Below, in pieces: positions 20,601-29,306 of a DNA stretch of 64,000 nucleotides. The notes below the pieces were generated by a model that did no database searches, was not told where the DNA came from, and saw nothing but the letters and a program-made list of their open reading frames with translations. Numbering within the stretch: the first letter of the stretch is position 1; each line of letters opens with the position of its first letter. The translations under genes and the position numbers were made by a program. Source of the DNA: Escherichia phage Cyrano; the sequence record OV696614; one strand, given 5' to 3'.

Positions 20601-22417
20601 TAAAGGCTGCAAGAGATGAAGCGGCGGCTCTTATTGCTAAGGAAAGCGAGGCTCGTGTTGAAGGCGATGCTGCAAACGCTAAACAACTGGAAGTGTTGCA
20701 GTCAACGGTAGAGGAAAGCTCCGCTGCCGTTGAAGAAATGAAAAAGACGGTTGCAGAGGTCGATCGTGCCAGTGCAGAACTGACTACGAACATTGAGGCG
20801 TTGGCCAAAACAAATATTGACCTGGCTCTTCGTCAAGATGAAGACCAGCACAAGCAGATGGTCAATAACGCGAAGATCGCAACAACACAGAAAACCTTTG
20901 CTGATGATATGTCTGCAATGGCCACGAAGGTTGAGGAAATTCGCGTAGAAATTGGCGAAGACATTAAGGCCAGTATTCTGGAAGAGTCCACCGCTCGTGC
21001 CGATGGCGATGAAGCGTTGGCAAAGCGTGTCACTCAGCTGCAATCTAAGTTTGAAGGAGATATCAGCGCGGCGATTAGTACAGAGCAGGAGGCTCGTACA
21101 TCTGCCGATGAAGCTCTGACGACACAGATCACTCAGCTTGAGTCGAAAGTAAGCAACGATATCGTCGCAGCTATTAAGGAAGAGCAAGAAGCCCGAGCAA
21201 CGGAAGATTCGGCTCTGGCAAGCCAGATCACACAACTTCAGGCAAAGGTTGATGATGATATTTCTGCTGCAATACGTAGTGAGCAGGAGGCCCGAGCAAG
21301 CGGGGACTCTGCGTTAGCCAAACAAATAAACCAGCTTCAGTCAAAGGTTGACGGTGATATATCCGCTGCCATCACTCAGGAGCAGGAGGCCAGGGCAAGT
21401 GCTGACCAGGCGCTCTCACGAGAAATTAACAGCCTGCGAGCACAAACCGGAACTGATATTGCCGCAGCGGTTGCTGTAGAGACAAAAGCAAGGACTGATG
21501 CCGATAGTGCATTGTCTACCCAGATTACGTCTCTTACAGCAAAAGCTAATGATCTCGAGGCGTCTCTTGCCAGAGAAACAACGGCTCGTGCAGATGGTGA
21601 TACCGCTTTAACAAAAGAGGTTTCAAGTTTAAAAGCACAGACAGCGAAAGATATTAGTGCGGCCGTTGCAGTTGAAACGCAGGCTCGAACTGATGCTGAC
21701 TCGGCGTTGTCGTCTCAGATCACCAAGCTGACCTCTCAATACAAAGAGGATATTAAAGCGGCTGTAGCAACCGAAACGAAAACGCGTACAGAGCAAGATG
21801 CTGCATTGGCGACTCAAATCACAAACTTAGAGTCTCAAACGGCAGCCAACATTTCCGCGGCGGTAACAACTGAAACGACAGCGAGAACGCAGGCAGATAA
21901 TGCTCTGAGTGGGCGAATCGATACTCTGAAAGCAGAGGTGGATGGAAATACCGCGACAATTCAACAGCAGGCAACAGCTATTGCTGATACCAACAAAAAA
22001 GTGTCAACCGCGTGGACGTTGAAAATGGAGACTTCAACGAGCGGAGGGCAGAAGTATGTTGCCGGTATTGCGCTTGGTATTGACACCACTGGGCTATCTC
22101 AGTTTTTGGTTCAGGCGGACAGGTTTGGTTTGGTCAACTCTGTTAACGGGAAGATCACAACGCCATTTGTTATCGAAAACAGTATCGCCTATATGAATGG
22201 AGCGTATATCAAGGATGGCACAATCACCAATGCAAAAGTAGGCGATCTGCAATCTACCAATTTTGTTAGCGGTAGATCTGGATGGCGGTTCGGCAAAAAT
22301 GGAACGCTTGAGATCAACGGTAATAGCGGCGGCAATGGGCGATTGGTTATAAATGGTCAGCGGATTGACGTTTATGACGATAACAACGTCTTACGAGTAA
22401 GAATTGGCCGTCTGTGA
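17690..22417 (+). CDS. central tail fibre / host specificity protein, lambda gpJ-like, with long internal tandem coiled-coil repeat insertion
   Basis: about 1575 aa; N-terminus resembles lambda J (GGKKSSKSS..); aa ~1100-1420 consist of ~10-12 tandem ~33 aa repeats (DISAAI..EQEARA..D.AL..QITQLQ.KV). Confidence 0.85.
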   Translation: MEQFKKKKLPLFIAGAGGKKSSKSSSRTPVEADDTVNSRAMAAILDLLGEGVIGGLVNGARSIFIDDLPIVNEDGSSNFSGITWDFRDGSQDQTPMSGFDFVETPKSVNIQLKKTHYVTVSIDNDEADRVRVIMKFPSLRSIDKKTGDTNGTTVEYKFQIANGDSTFVDVVAEGEKSVGIKLTAKKTGVYYRSYELKLPKPGRAYKVRVVRITDDNSSQYLYNDTWVDSIGEIVDTPMNYPNSVLVGLKVNSEQFGSTMPSRSYLVRGLKIRVPSNYNESSNTYAGVWDGTFKLLSSSNPAWILFDLLTNARYGLGQYVSESMIDLGQLYQIGRYCDEEVDDGFGGKEKRFAINTQITSRQDAYRLIQDIAGAFRGMVFWAGGMVNIMQDSPSDPVMMFTNSNVKDGLFTYKGSARKDRPSVALVTYNNKEDGYKQNIEYVEDQDAMRRYGERKTEVVAFGCTSRGQAHRVGLWLLYTARMESDVITFTAGLDASFLMPGETVLIQNKYRAGKRNSGRIVAFTKNSVTLDAPVSLAKGGCFIRILNQEGKIVERDVLETGENITKVTFSKSLSSAETPVLNGVWTITEPDLEPMRVRIVNIAQGETPGSFDITAVENNPSKYEAIDNGATLIPQNTTVLDPTYSKPSNLQITEGTYLSSPGNLSVKLTATWEGKSPEYWISWRRSDENNVSNWQSARVTEEQYEIVNVAENGRYDFQLYAVSFNGKKTEIISAVYQVLGTMTPPDAPTSLTAVGDYRNVILNWVNPDSVDLDHINVYASQTNNLDTAKLIAESASTTFTHAGLGDSETWYYWVRASNKRGMLSPPNSNLGTEATTRDVLSFLTGKITSSELGQALLEDINSKASQEAVDELNEHINQSVESLEGSVNDVKEDIAELDKQFSDNLADFEIKFNERSDALENAQTELKGEVSATIDKVNEAFEKIDATDAAIVEIENTVSEHDKALANTVEAIKAARDEAAALIAKESEARVEGDAANAKQLEVLQSTVEESSAAVEEMKKTVAEVDRASAELTTNIEALAKTNIDLALRQDEDQHKQMVNNAKIATTQKTFADDMSAMATKVEEIRVEIGEDIKASILEESTARADGDEALAKRVTQLQSKFEGDISAAISTEQEARTSADEALTTQITQLESKVSNDIVAAIKEEQEARATEDSALASQITQLQAKVDDDISAAIRSEQEARASGDSALAKQINQLQSKVDGDISAAITQEQEARASADQALSREINSLRAQTGTDIAAAVAVETKARTDADSALSTQITSLTAKANDLEASLARETTARADGDTALTKEVSSLKAQTAKDISAAVAVETQARTDADSALSSQITKLTSQYKEDIKAAVATETKTRTEQDAALATQITNLESQTAANISAAVTTETTARTQADNALSGRIDTLKAEVDGNTATIQQQATAIADTNKKVSTAWTLKMETSTSGGQKYVAGIALGIDTTGLSQFLVQADRFGLVNSVNGKITTPFVIENSIAYMNGAYIKDGTITNAKVGDLQSTNFVSGRSGWRFGKNGTLEINGNSGGNGRLVINGQRIDVYDDNNVLRVRIGRL

Positions 22418-22510
22418 TGGTGGAAAAAAAATTTTATATCGGTAAAAATAGGTAAGTATTTACTTAATGGCGGGCAAGGATAGCCCGCCAAATCAAGGAG
22501 CATATTCAAC

Positions 22511-25500
22511 ATGTGGTACAGGGAAGGTACTATCACATTTACACAGGGTAGCAATACTCTGGTTGGGGCAGGGACAGCCTGGAACGTAACAGCTAATGGT
22601 GTGTTGCCGGGGATGATCGTCATTGGCCCCGACAATAAGCTGTATGAGATCAAGCGCGTAACAAGCGATACGAATATTGTTCTCTCAGAACCTTATACCG
22701 GCGAAACTCAGTCTGAAGTTCCGTGCCGAATCATTACGACCTATGAAGGCGACTTAACACAGTTTAGCGCGCGCTTTACTGCGCTAATGTCGCGTATGTC
22801 GGCTGATTCCAAGTCCATGCGCAGTTGGTTGACTGCGCTGGATGAGGTGACAATCGAGCGTGAAGACGGTACAGAAGTGACCGTTAAGCCGCTAATGCAG
22901 ATCGTCAACGAGCACAACGAAAACGTTGAGTGGTATAAAAATAACACTGACGCGATTGATGCTGCTGGCGACAAAGCTCGTGAGGCGGCGGCCAGTGCTG
23001 CCGCAGCAGCAAAAAGCGCCAATGCCGCTGGAGAAAAAGCATCTCAAGCGTCTCAAAGTGCATCCGCTGCGGCATCCTCACAAAGTGCCGCAAGTGCGAG
23101 TGCAACTGCTGCGAAAAAATCTGAAACGAATGCTGCAGCGTCACAAAAATCTGCAGCCACTTCTGCATCCACCGCGACCACGAAGGCGTCAGAAGCTGCC
23201 ACCTCAGCCCGGGATGCGGCGGCCTCAAAAGAGGCAGCGAAATCATCAGAAACGAGCGCAGCCTCGAGCGCCAGTAATGCCGCTTCCTCGGCAACGGCGG
23301 CAGGAAATTCCGCGAAGGCGGCAAAAACGTCCGAGACGAACGCCAGGTCTTCTGAAACGGCAGCGGGACAGAGCGCCTCGGCTGCGGCAGGCTCAAAAAC
23401 AGCGGCTGCGTCGTCTGCCAGTGCCGCGTCAACAAGTGCCGGGCAGGCCTCAGCCAGTGCCACCGCCGCCGGAAAATCGGCAGAAAGTGCCGCATCGTCT
23501 GCTTCAACAGCCACAACGAAGGCTGGCGAAGCCACTGAACAGGCCAGCGCAGCAGCGAGGTCTGCTTCCGCAGCGAAGACATCCGAAACGAACGCGAAAG
23601 CGTCGGAAACCCGTGCAGAATCCTCAAAAACGGCAGCCGCATCGTCCGCCAGTTCGGCAGCGTCATCGGCATCATCTGCGTCTGCTTCAAAAGATGAGGC
23701 GACCAGACAGGCGTCAGCAGCGAAGGGCAGCGCCACGACGGCATCCACGAAAGCAACAGAGGCGGCAGGCAGTGCGACGGCAGCATCTCAGAGCAAAACT
23801 GCTGCTGAATCCGCTGCGACCCGTGCGGAAGCTGCTGCTGATCGTGCTGAAGAGATTGCCGGTGCAGTTGCGATGGAAGACGCAAGCCTTACAACTAAAG
23901 GTGTTGTGAAACTTAGCAGTGCTGTCGACAGCACCAGTGAATCGCTGGCCGCAACGCCAAAAGCAGTTAAAGTAGTCAATGACAATGCGAACAGCAGGGT
24001 GCCATCTAACCGAAAAATTAACGGGAAAGCACTGACTGCGGATATCACATTAACGCCGAAAGATATTGGTACTTTAAATTCAATAACGATGTCTTTCTCT
24101 GGCGGGGCCGGGTGGTTCAAACTGGCTACTGTTACAATGCCACAAGCGAGTTCCATCGTTTACATCGCATTGATTGGTGGCGCTGGTTACAACGTCGGCT
24201 CCCCACATCAGGCAGGCATTTCAGAACTGGTTCTACGAGCAGGCAATGGAAACCCCAAAGGGATTACAGGTGCTTTGTGGAAGCGTACAGCTGTCGGATT
24301 AACGAATTTCGCCTGGATCAACACATCCGGCGATACATATGATATTTACGTTGAGATTGGCAATTATGCGACTCGTGTAAATATCCATTGGGATTGTACT
24401 GCAAATGCGACAGTTTCTATTTATACATCGCCAACATATTCAGCTAGTAAGCCTTCCAGCGTTACCGATGGTGTTGTTTATACGATGTATAGCACACATC
24501 AGAAACCGACGCCGTTAGATATTGGAGCACTGCCAACAACCGGAGGAACAGTTTCAGGTCCGTTGTCTGTTACTGGTGGGATCACCGGAACATTAAATGG
24601 TAATGCAAGTACAGCAACGAAATTGCAGACGGCAAGATCTATCGGTGGAGTTGGTTTCGACGGTTCTGCAAATATCAACCTTCCAGGTGTAAATACTACG
24701 GGTAATCAGAACACCACTGGTAATGCTGCAACTGCTACAAAACTTCAGACGGCAAGAACTATCGGCGGCGTGAGCTTTGATGGTACTGCGAATATTAATT
24801 TGCCAGGTGTTAATACGACTGGTAATCAGAATACAACGGGCAACGCGGCTACTGCTACGAAGTTGCAGACTGCGCGTACTATCAATGGGGTGTCGTTTGA
24901 CGGCTCGGCAAATATTTCCTTGTCGCCAACAAATATAGGTTGCCCGGCATCTCCTACTGGTTGGTTAACTACAGGAAGTAATGGCGGAGCAATAACAACA
25001 GCACAGTTAGTGACGTTATTGCAAAATAATGGTGCTTTTAATGCAAAGGCATGGATAGCGCGTTGTGCTTGGGCGTATGCAAATAGTGCATCCATACCAG
25101 ACAGCGAAACAGGATGCGGCATTATTCCACTGGCTGGCGCAGTTATTGAGGTATTTAATAACGGTAGTAGCTCAAACAATTATACGATCCGCATAACAAC
25201 GGCCACAACGACAAGTGTTTCCGGTGCTCTCACTAATGCGGAGTTTATCTATGTATTTAACGGGACGAGCTATTCACCAGGATGGCGCAGAGCGTATAAC
25301 ACTAAAAACAAGCCTACTGCGGCTGATGTCGGAGCTTTACCACTATCTGGAGGAGCGTTAACTGGCGGATTAACGTCTTCTGGTGAGATCGTTTCAAAAT
25401 ATGCAAATGGTTTCCGCATTGCTTACGGTAGCTTTGGGTTCTTTATCCGTAATGATGGATCGAACACATATTTCATGCTAACAGCATCAGGAAACACATT

Positions 25501-26536
25501 AGGTTCATGGAACGGTTTGCGACCTATTACAATTAATAATACCAGCGGTGCTGTGTCCATTGGTAATGGACTAAATGTTACTGGTGGCGTAAATGGTAGT
25601 TTGAACGGTAATGCTTCAACAGCTACGAAGTTGCAAACTGCTAGAAAAATAAGCGGCGTGTCTTTTGATGGTTCTGCTGATATAACACTAACAGCTGCAA
25701 ATGTATCTGCTTTTGCTCGACGCGCTACTGGAACTTATGCCGATACTAGTGGTGCGGTCCCGTGGAATGCCGAATCAGGTGCGTATAATGTTACACGCTC
25801 CGGGGATTCTTATATCGTTGCAAATTTTTATATAGGCGTAGGTAGTTGTCGGACTCTCCAAATCCGAGCGCATTATAAAAATGGTGGATTGTATTACCGT
25901 TCATCACGTGATGGCTATGGGTTCGAAGAGGACTGGACTCAGATATATACTAAAAAAGACAGCATCCCAGGTGTGAATGCAGATGGGAACCAGAACACTA
26001 CTGGTAATGCTGCCACCGCCACAAAATTGCAGACAGCAAGGAAAATTGCTGGTGTGGCGTTTGATGGCTCTGCCGATATTACTTTGACTGCGGCTAACCT
26101 TAATGCTTATACGAAAACAGAGGTAACGAATCTTCTAAGTTCCTATGTGAAGAGCAGTGCTCTTCCAAGCATGACTGTGCGAACTTCCTCCATTTCAGGT
26201 GGGGATATGGGCATGAGTTTGTCCACATTCATTAGCCACCTTAAATCAAATGGGGCGTTTAGCAAAAGATATTGGATTGGCTTTGGCGATGCTATGGGAT
26301 TCAATGCTGGCAGTATCAACAATATAACGGGATTTGGTGCTGTAGAATTAGCAGAATCTATAATCGAAGTTTTTAATCTACCTAACGGTGATTATACAAT
26401 TCGTTTAACAACGTCACATAAAGCTGATTACGGTGGAGTGACAAACGCAATCCTCGTTTATCACTACCGCAGTAATAGAAGTCCGTCAGGTCAATGGCTG
26501 AAATTTGCCGGTACTGTTGGGGCAACAAGTAACTGA
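22511..26536 (+). CDS. stf: side tail fibre protein, lambda Stf-like N-terminal half plus phage fibre repeats
   Basis: 1341 aa; long Ala/Ser/Thr-rich segment nearly matching my memory of lambda Stf (KSETNAAASQ.SAATSASTA.TKASEAATSARDA..SKEAAKSSET.., LAATPKAVKVV); five copies of GNAATATKLQTAR.I.GV.FDG..NI.L repeat. Confidence 0.85.
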   Translation: MWYREGTITFTQGSNTLVGAGTAWNVTANGVLPGMIVIGPDNKLYEIKRVTSDTNIVLSEPYTGETQSEVPCRIITTYEGDLTQFSARFTALMSRMSADSKSMRSWLTALDEVTIEREDGTEVTVKPLMQIVNEHNENVEWYKNNTDAIDAAGDKAREAAASAAAAAKSANAAGEKASQASQSASAAASSQSAASASATAAKKSETNAAASQKSAATSASTATTKASEAATSARDAAASKEAAKSSETSAASSASNAASSATAAGNSAKAAKTSETNARSSETAAGQSASAAAGSKTAAASSASAASTSAGQASASATAAGKSAESAASSASTATTKAGEATEQASAAARSASAAKTSETNAKASETRAESSKTAAASSASSAASSASSASASKDEATRQASAAKGSATTASTKATEAAGSATAASQSKTAAESAATRAEAAADRAEEIAGAVAMEDASLTTKGVVKLSSAVDSTSESLAATPKAVKVVNDNANSRVPSNRKINGKALTADITLTPKDIGTLNSITMSFSGGAGWFKLATVTMPQASSIVYIALIGGAGYNVGSPHQAGISELVLRAGNGNPKGITGALWKRTAVGLTNFAWINTSGDTYDIYVEIGNYATRVNIHWDCTANATVSIYTSPTYSASKPSSVTDGVVYTMYSTHQKPTPLDIGALPTTGGTVSGPLSVTGGITGTLNGNASTATKLQTARSIGGVGFDGSANINLPGVNTTGNQNTTGNAATATKLQTARTIGGVSFDGTANINLPGVNTTGNQNTTGNAATATKLQTARTINGVSFDGSANISLSPTNIGCPASPTGWLTTGSNGGAITTAQLVTLLQNNGAFNAKAWIARCAWAYANSASIPDSETGCGIIPLAGAVIEVFNNGSSSNNYTIRITTATTTSVSGALTNAEFIYVFNGTSYSPGWRRAYNTKNKPTAADVGALPLSGGALTGGLTSSGEIVSKYANGFRIAYGSFGFFIRNDGSNTYFMLTASGNTLGSWNGLRPITINNTSGAVSIGNGLNVTGGVNGSLNGNASTATKLQTARKISGVSFDGSADITLTAANVSAFARRATGTYADTSGAVPWNAESGAYNVTRSGDSYIVANFYIGVGSCRTLQIRAHYKNGGLYYRSSRDGYGFEEDWTQIYTKKDSIPGVNADGNQNTTGNAATATKLQTARKIAGVAFDGSADITLTAANLNAYTKTEVTNLLSSYVKSSALPSMTVRTSSISGGDMGMSLSTFISHLKSNGAFSKRYWIGFGDAMGFNAGSINNITGFGAVELAESIIEVFNLPNGDYTIRLTTSHKADYGGVTNAILVYHYRSNRSPSGQWLKFAGTVGATSN

Positions 26537-26738
26537 TTTAGACATTATTTATATGGCTGTGAGGTTTAAAATGCGATCTCACAGCCGCAATCATAGGGAT
26601 ATATTAGTGAGTTACTAGATACGAATTTGAACAGCCGTTAAACGGTATATACATAGATAGGTAAGTACACACCTACAACAAAAGGGTGAAATGTGATATA
26701 AATCCGCCATCCCGATTTGACTTTTCATGGAGGAAAAC

Positions 26739-27062
26739 ATGTCGAACGAGATGGCGGGCGTTACAACAGAGCAAGTTGAGCGTATTGCCGCGATCGTTGC
26801 TCGGGAGGTTGTTGGTAAATTAGGTAAAGAGCTACGTGAAGAAATTGGCCAGGAGGTCAATGATCAGCTGAAAACCTACTTTGGTGATATGACCCCGGCG
26901 CAACATAGTATTCAACACTCCAATCTGGACAAACTCCTTAACCGGTTAGATTCCATCTCCAGTGGGTTCTTTGGCGGCATTGTTTCTAAAATAACGTCGT
27001 TCATTATTACTGCACTGCTTTTGGGGTTAGCCGCGTATGGCGTAAAAAATGGACTGCAATAA
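26739..27062 (+). CDS. putative lysis-associated membrane protein (holin candidate)
   Basis: ATG 26739 preceded by GGAGGAAAAC; ~107 aa with single C-terminal hydrophobic helix; sits directly upstream of hydrolase and spanin genes; assignment by position only. Confidence 0.3.
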   Translation: MSNEMAGVTTEQVERIAAIVAREVVGKLGKELREEIGQEVNDQLKTYFGDMTPAQHSIQHSNLDKLLNRLDSISSGFFGGIVSKITSFIITALLLGLAAYGVKNGLQ

Positions 27063-27075
27063 CAGGAGATCAAGG

Positions 27076-27768
27076 ATGAAGACTCCGAGAGGCATTCGTA
27101 ATAATAACCCCGGTAATCTTGATAAAGGATCACCGTGGCAAGGTCTGGTTGCGAATCCAGACGAACCGCGCTTTTGCACGTTTAAAGACCCTGTTTGGGG
27201 GATTCGTGCGCTGGCGGTGACTCTAATTACCTACCACGATAAACGTCGCGCAAAAGACGGCACAAGTATCGATACCATTCGTGAAGTTATTGAACGCTGG
27301 GCACCGCCGAATGAAAACAATACTGACGCCTACATTAATGAGGTGTCTAAAGCCGTTGGTGTAACCGCAGACATGATCATCGATCTGCATGATTACGACA
27401 TCCTTCGACCTTTGGTTGAGGCAATCATTCGCCACGAGAATGGCCGAGGCCCGCTAAAAACGCTGAACACCTGGTATGCGGCAGAAGTTATTGAGGAAGG
27501 TCTGCGTCGAGCTGGCGTTGTTAAGCCGGTGAAAACCGTGAAGGCTGTTCCTGTAACTAAAGAAACCGCAGGCGCAACTGTTACAGCAGGTATTGGTCTG
27601 GCGCAGCTGGCCGATGTTATGCCGCAGGTTTCCGCTGCTATGGATAAAGCACAAGGTCATATCTCTAGCGGGGATACAGTACGCATCATCTTCGGTATTG
27701 CCACTATTGTTGTGGCAGGATTCATTGCCTGGTCGCAGGTAAGAAAACACCAGAAAGGGATGGTCTAA
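27076..27768 (+). CDS. putative endolysin / cell wall hydrolase with C-terminal membrane anchor
   Basis: ATG 27076 with AGGAGATCAAGG RBS; conserved-looking N-terminal motif IRNNNPGNL; C-terminal hydrophobic helix IIFGIATIVVAGFIAW; directly upstream of Rz/Rz1-like pair. Confidence 0.4.
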   Translation: MKTPRGIRNNNPGNLDKGSPWQGLVANPDEPRFCTFKDPVWGIRALAVTLITYHDKRRAKDGTSIDTIREVIERWAPPNENNTDAYINEVSKAVGVTADMIIDLHDYDILRPLVEAIIRHENGRGPLKTLNTWYAAEVIEEGLRRAGVVKPVKTVKAVPVTKETAGATVTAGIGLAQLADVMPQVSAAMDKAQGHISSGDTVRIIFGIATIVVAGFIAWSQVRKHQKGMV

Positions 27769-27769
27769 T

Positions 27770-28021
27770 ATGCTAGGCAGCCTGATGACAAAGCTAAAAG
27801 TTGCTTTGATTACGCTGGCTGCCGTTCTTTTCGTTCTTGTCGGCGCTTACACGATGGGCGGGAATGCGGCGCGACGAGCAATGGAAGAGAAGGCAAAACA
27901 GGAAGACAGAAAACGACTTCAAAACACAGTGAAAGTGGTGAATGAGACGAGCAGTAAAATACGTCAGAAAGATGCTTCTGCCGTTCATCGTGAGTTGTAT
28001 GATAAGTGGGTGCGTCATTAA
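27770..28021 (+). CDS. i-spanin (Rz-like)
   Basis: 83 aa, N-terminal TM helix then charged coiled-coil periplasmic part; contains embedded lipoprotein gene in +1 frame. Confidence 0.55.
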   Translation: MLGSLMTKLKVALITLAAVLFVLVGAYTMGGNAARRAMEEKAKQEDRKRLQNTVKVVNETSSKIRQKDASAVHRELYDKWVRH

Positions 28022-28157
28022 ACCACAAACAGCCAGCGTGTTGTTCTGCGATGGGGCTGAGCCTATCTATATCAGCAATAATGATGTAATGACTGAAGAA
28101 ACCGAACGCCAAATCCTTTTTCACAATACGATGGGAGAGAGGGTTTGTGGTTGGTGA
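27942..28157 (+). CDS. o-spanin (Rz1-like outer membrane lipoprotein), embedded/overlapping
   Basis: signal peptide with lipobox (LLPFIVSCMISGC), starts inside the Rz-like gene in a different frame, classic Rz/Rz1 architecture. Confidence 0.55.
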   Translation: MRRAVKYVRKMLLPFIVSCMISGCVIKPQTASVLFCDGAEPIYISNNDVMTEETERQILFHNTMGERVCGW

Positions 28158-28189
28158 TGTCGAAGTTCCCCTCAAATGAGGGGAACACA

Positions 28190-28711
28190 TTATTCTTCGA
28201 ACAATTTTTCGATAGATTTTGTAGGATAGAACAAAGAACGCTCGTTGTTACCAACCAGCTGGATAAAGCCTAAACTTTTATAAAACGCCTTGGCTTTGTC
28301 ATTTAACGCCTCAACGAAAAGTCCATGAATGCCTACAGCAAGAGATGCATTGTACACAACGCGCATTGCATGTGTTACAAGCATTGAGCCAAATCCTTGA
28401 CCTTGAAGGGACTTGTCCAAAGCCAGCCTACCCAAAGTAACACTTGGAACATTCCGATAAGGAACCTTCTTTTGTTTGCTTCTTGAAGGTAAGGACTCCT
28501 TTTCAAAACAACTACCTGACAAAGTGTAATATCCTAACACTTTTGGCCTTTCTTCTTGAGTGCAAAGCACATAAGCACGAAGAATTTTTCCCTCATGCTG
28601 CCTTTTTAAGTGGTTGGCTAAAAAGGCGTTTAGTGACTCTTCGCCGCAATCAAAACCGTTTAGATCATAATCTTTCTCTCCAGAGAAAATCTCTATCGTT
28701 GTATTGCTCAC
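28190..28711 (-). CDS. GNAT-family acetyltransferase toxin (TacT/AtaT/KacT-like)
   Basis: 173 aa; GNAT acetyl-CoA binding region (LGRLALDKSLQGQGFGSMLV); GTG start 4 nt after stop of upstream RHH gene. Confidence 0.7.
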   Translation of the reverse strand: MSNTTIEIFSGEKDYDLNGFDCGEESLNAFLANHLKRQHEGKILRAYVLCTQEERPKVLGYYTLSGSCFEKESLPSRSKQKKVPYRNVPSVTLGRLALDKSLQGQGFGSMLVTHAMRVVYNASLAVGIHGLFVEALNDKAKAFYKSLGFIQLVGNNERSLFYPTKSIEKLFEE

Positions 28712-28718
28712 GAGTAAA

Positions 28719-28988
28719 CTACTCCATGCTTTTCAGACGATCAGCAGCTCGTTTCAGCTTGTCGTTCGGTGCCGGAGGATTGCTTATAGCGTCCATAACC
28801 AGATTCCAGGATTCTTCATTCAGAACTAGTCTACGGTGTTGCTCTATAACTTTCACGGCACGTTCAGATGCACTGCTAACCATAAACTGAGTAATGCTCT
28901 GGTTAGACATTGCGGCAGCTTCCTCGATGATGCTTTTATCGTCATCGGTTAATCTCAAATCGATGCGCTGCTTTTTTAGTGCTGACAT
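28719..28988 (-). CDS. RHH antitoxin (DUF1778/TacA-like)
   Basis: 89 aa from ATG 28988 with CAGGAGGAATAC RBS; small protein directly upstream of GNAT gene. Confidence 0.65.
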   Translation of the reverse strand: MSALKKQRIDLRLTDDDKSIIEEAAAMSNQSITQFMVSSASERAVKVIEQHRRLVLNEESWNLVMDAISNPPAPNDKLKRAADRLKSME

Positions 28989-29306
28989 GTATTCCTCCTG
29001 ATGGCCGTGATGTAGGAAGGCCATCAATCTCCTCTGTTCAAACTGAGTTTTCGACTCAAAAATTACTTTAAAAGGCTATAGCCCATTACGTGTGCATTAT
29101 CAAATTGTGTACGGCATATCACCGTACTTGTAATATAGAGGTCATTGTTACTTTTTTCAACAGACAAATACAAGCTATGATTGCCAATTGTTAATCACAA
29201 CCTACCATTTAACCTTTACACCGCAGCCGTAGGCATTTAGGCTATATCACATATAAGAAAACAAGTTGTTTCAGACGATAATTATATACGCAAAGGGAAC
29301 TCTCCA

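Noticed and set aside
20281-21235. Minus-strand ORFs 20281..20808 and 20702..21235 inside the J-like gene
   Set aside because: Generated by the tandem coiled-coil repeat block; products are Ser/Ala/Cys-rich low complexity.
22905-23909. Long ORFs on both strands (22905..23885 -, 22926..23909 +, 23053..23748 -) overlapping the tail fibre gene
   Set aside because: They lie in the Ala/Ser-rich low-complexity GC-rich segment of the Stf-like gene; their products are Arg/Pro/Gln or Ala/Asp low-complexity strings typical of shadow ORFs, and the fibre frame is continuous across the region.
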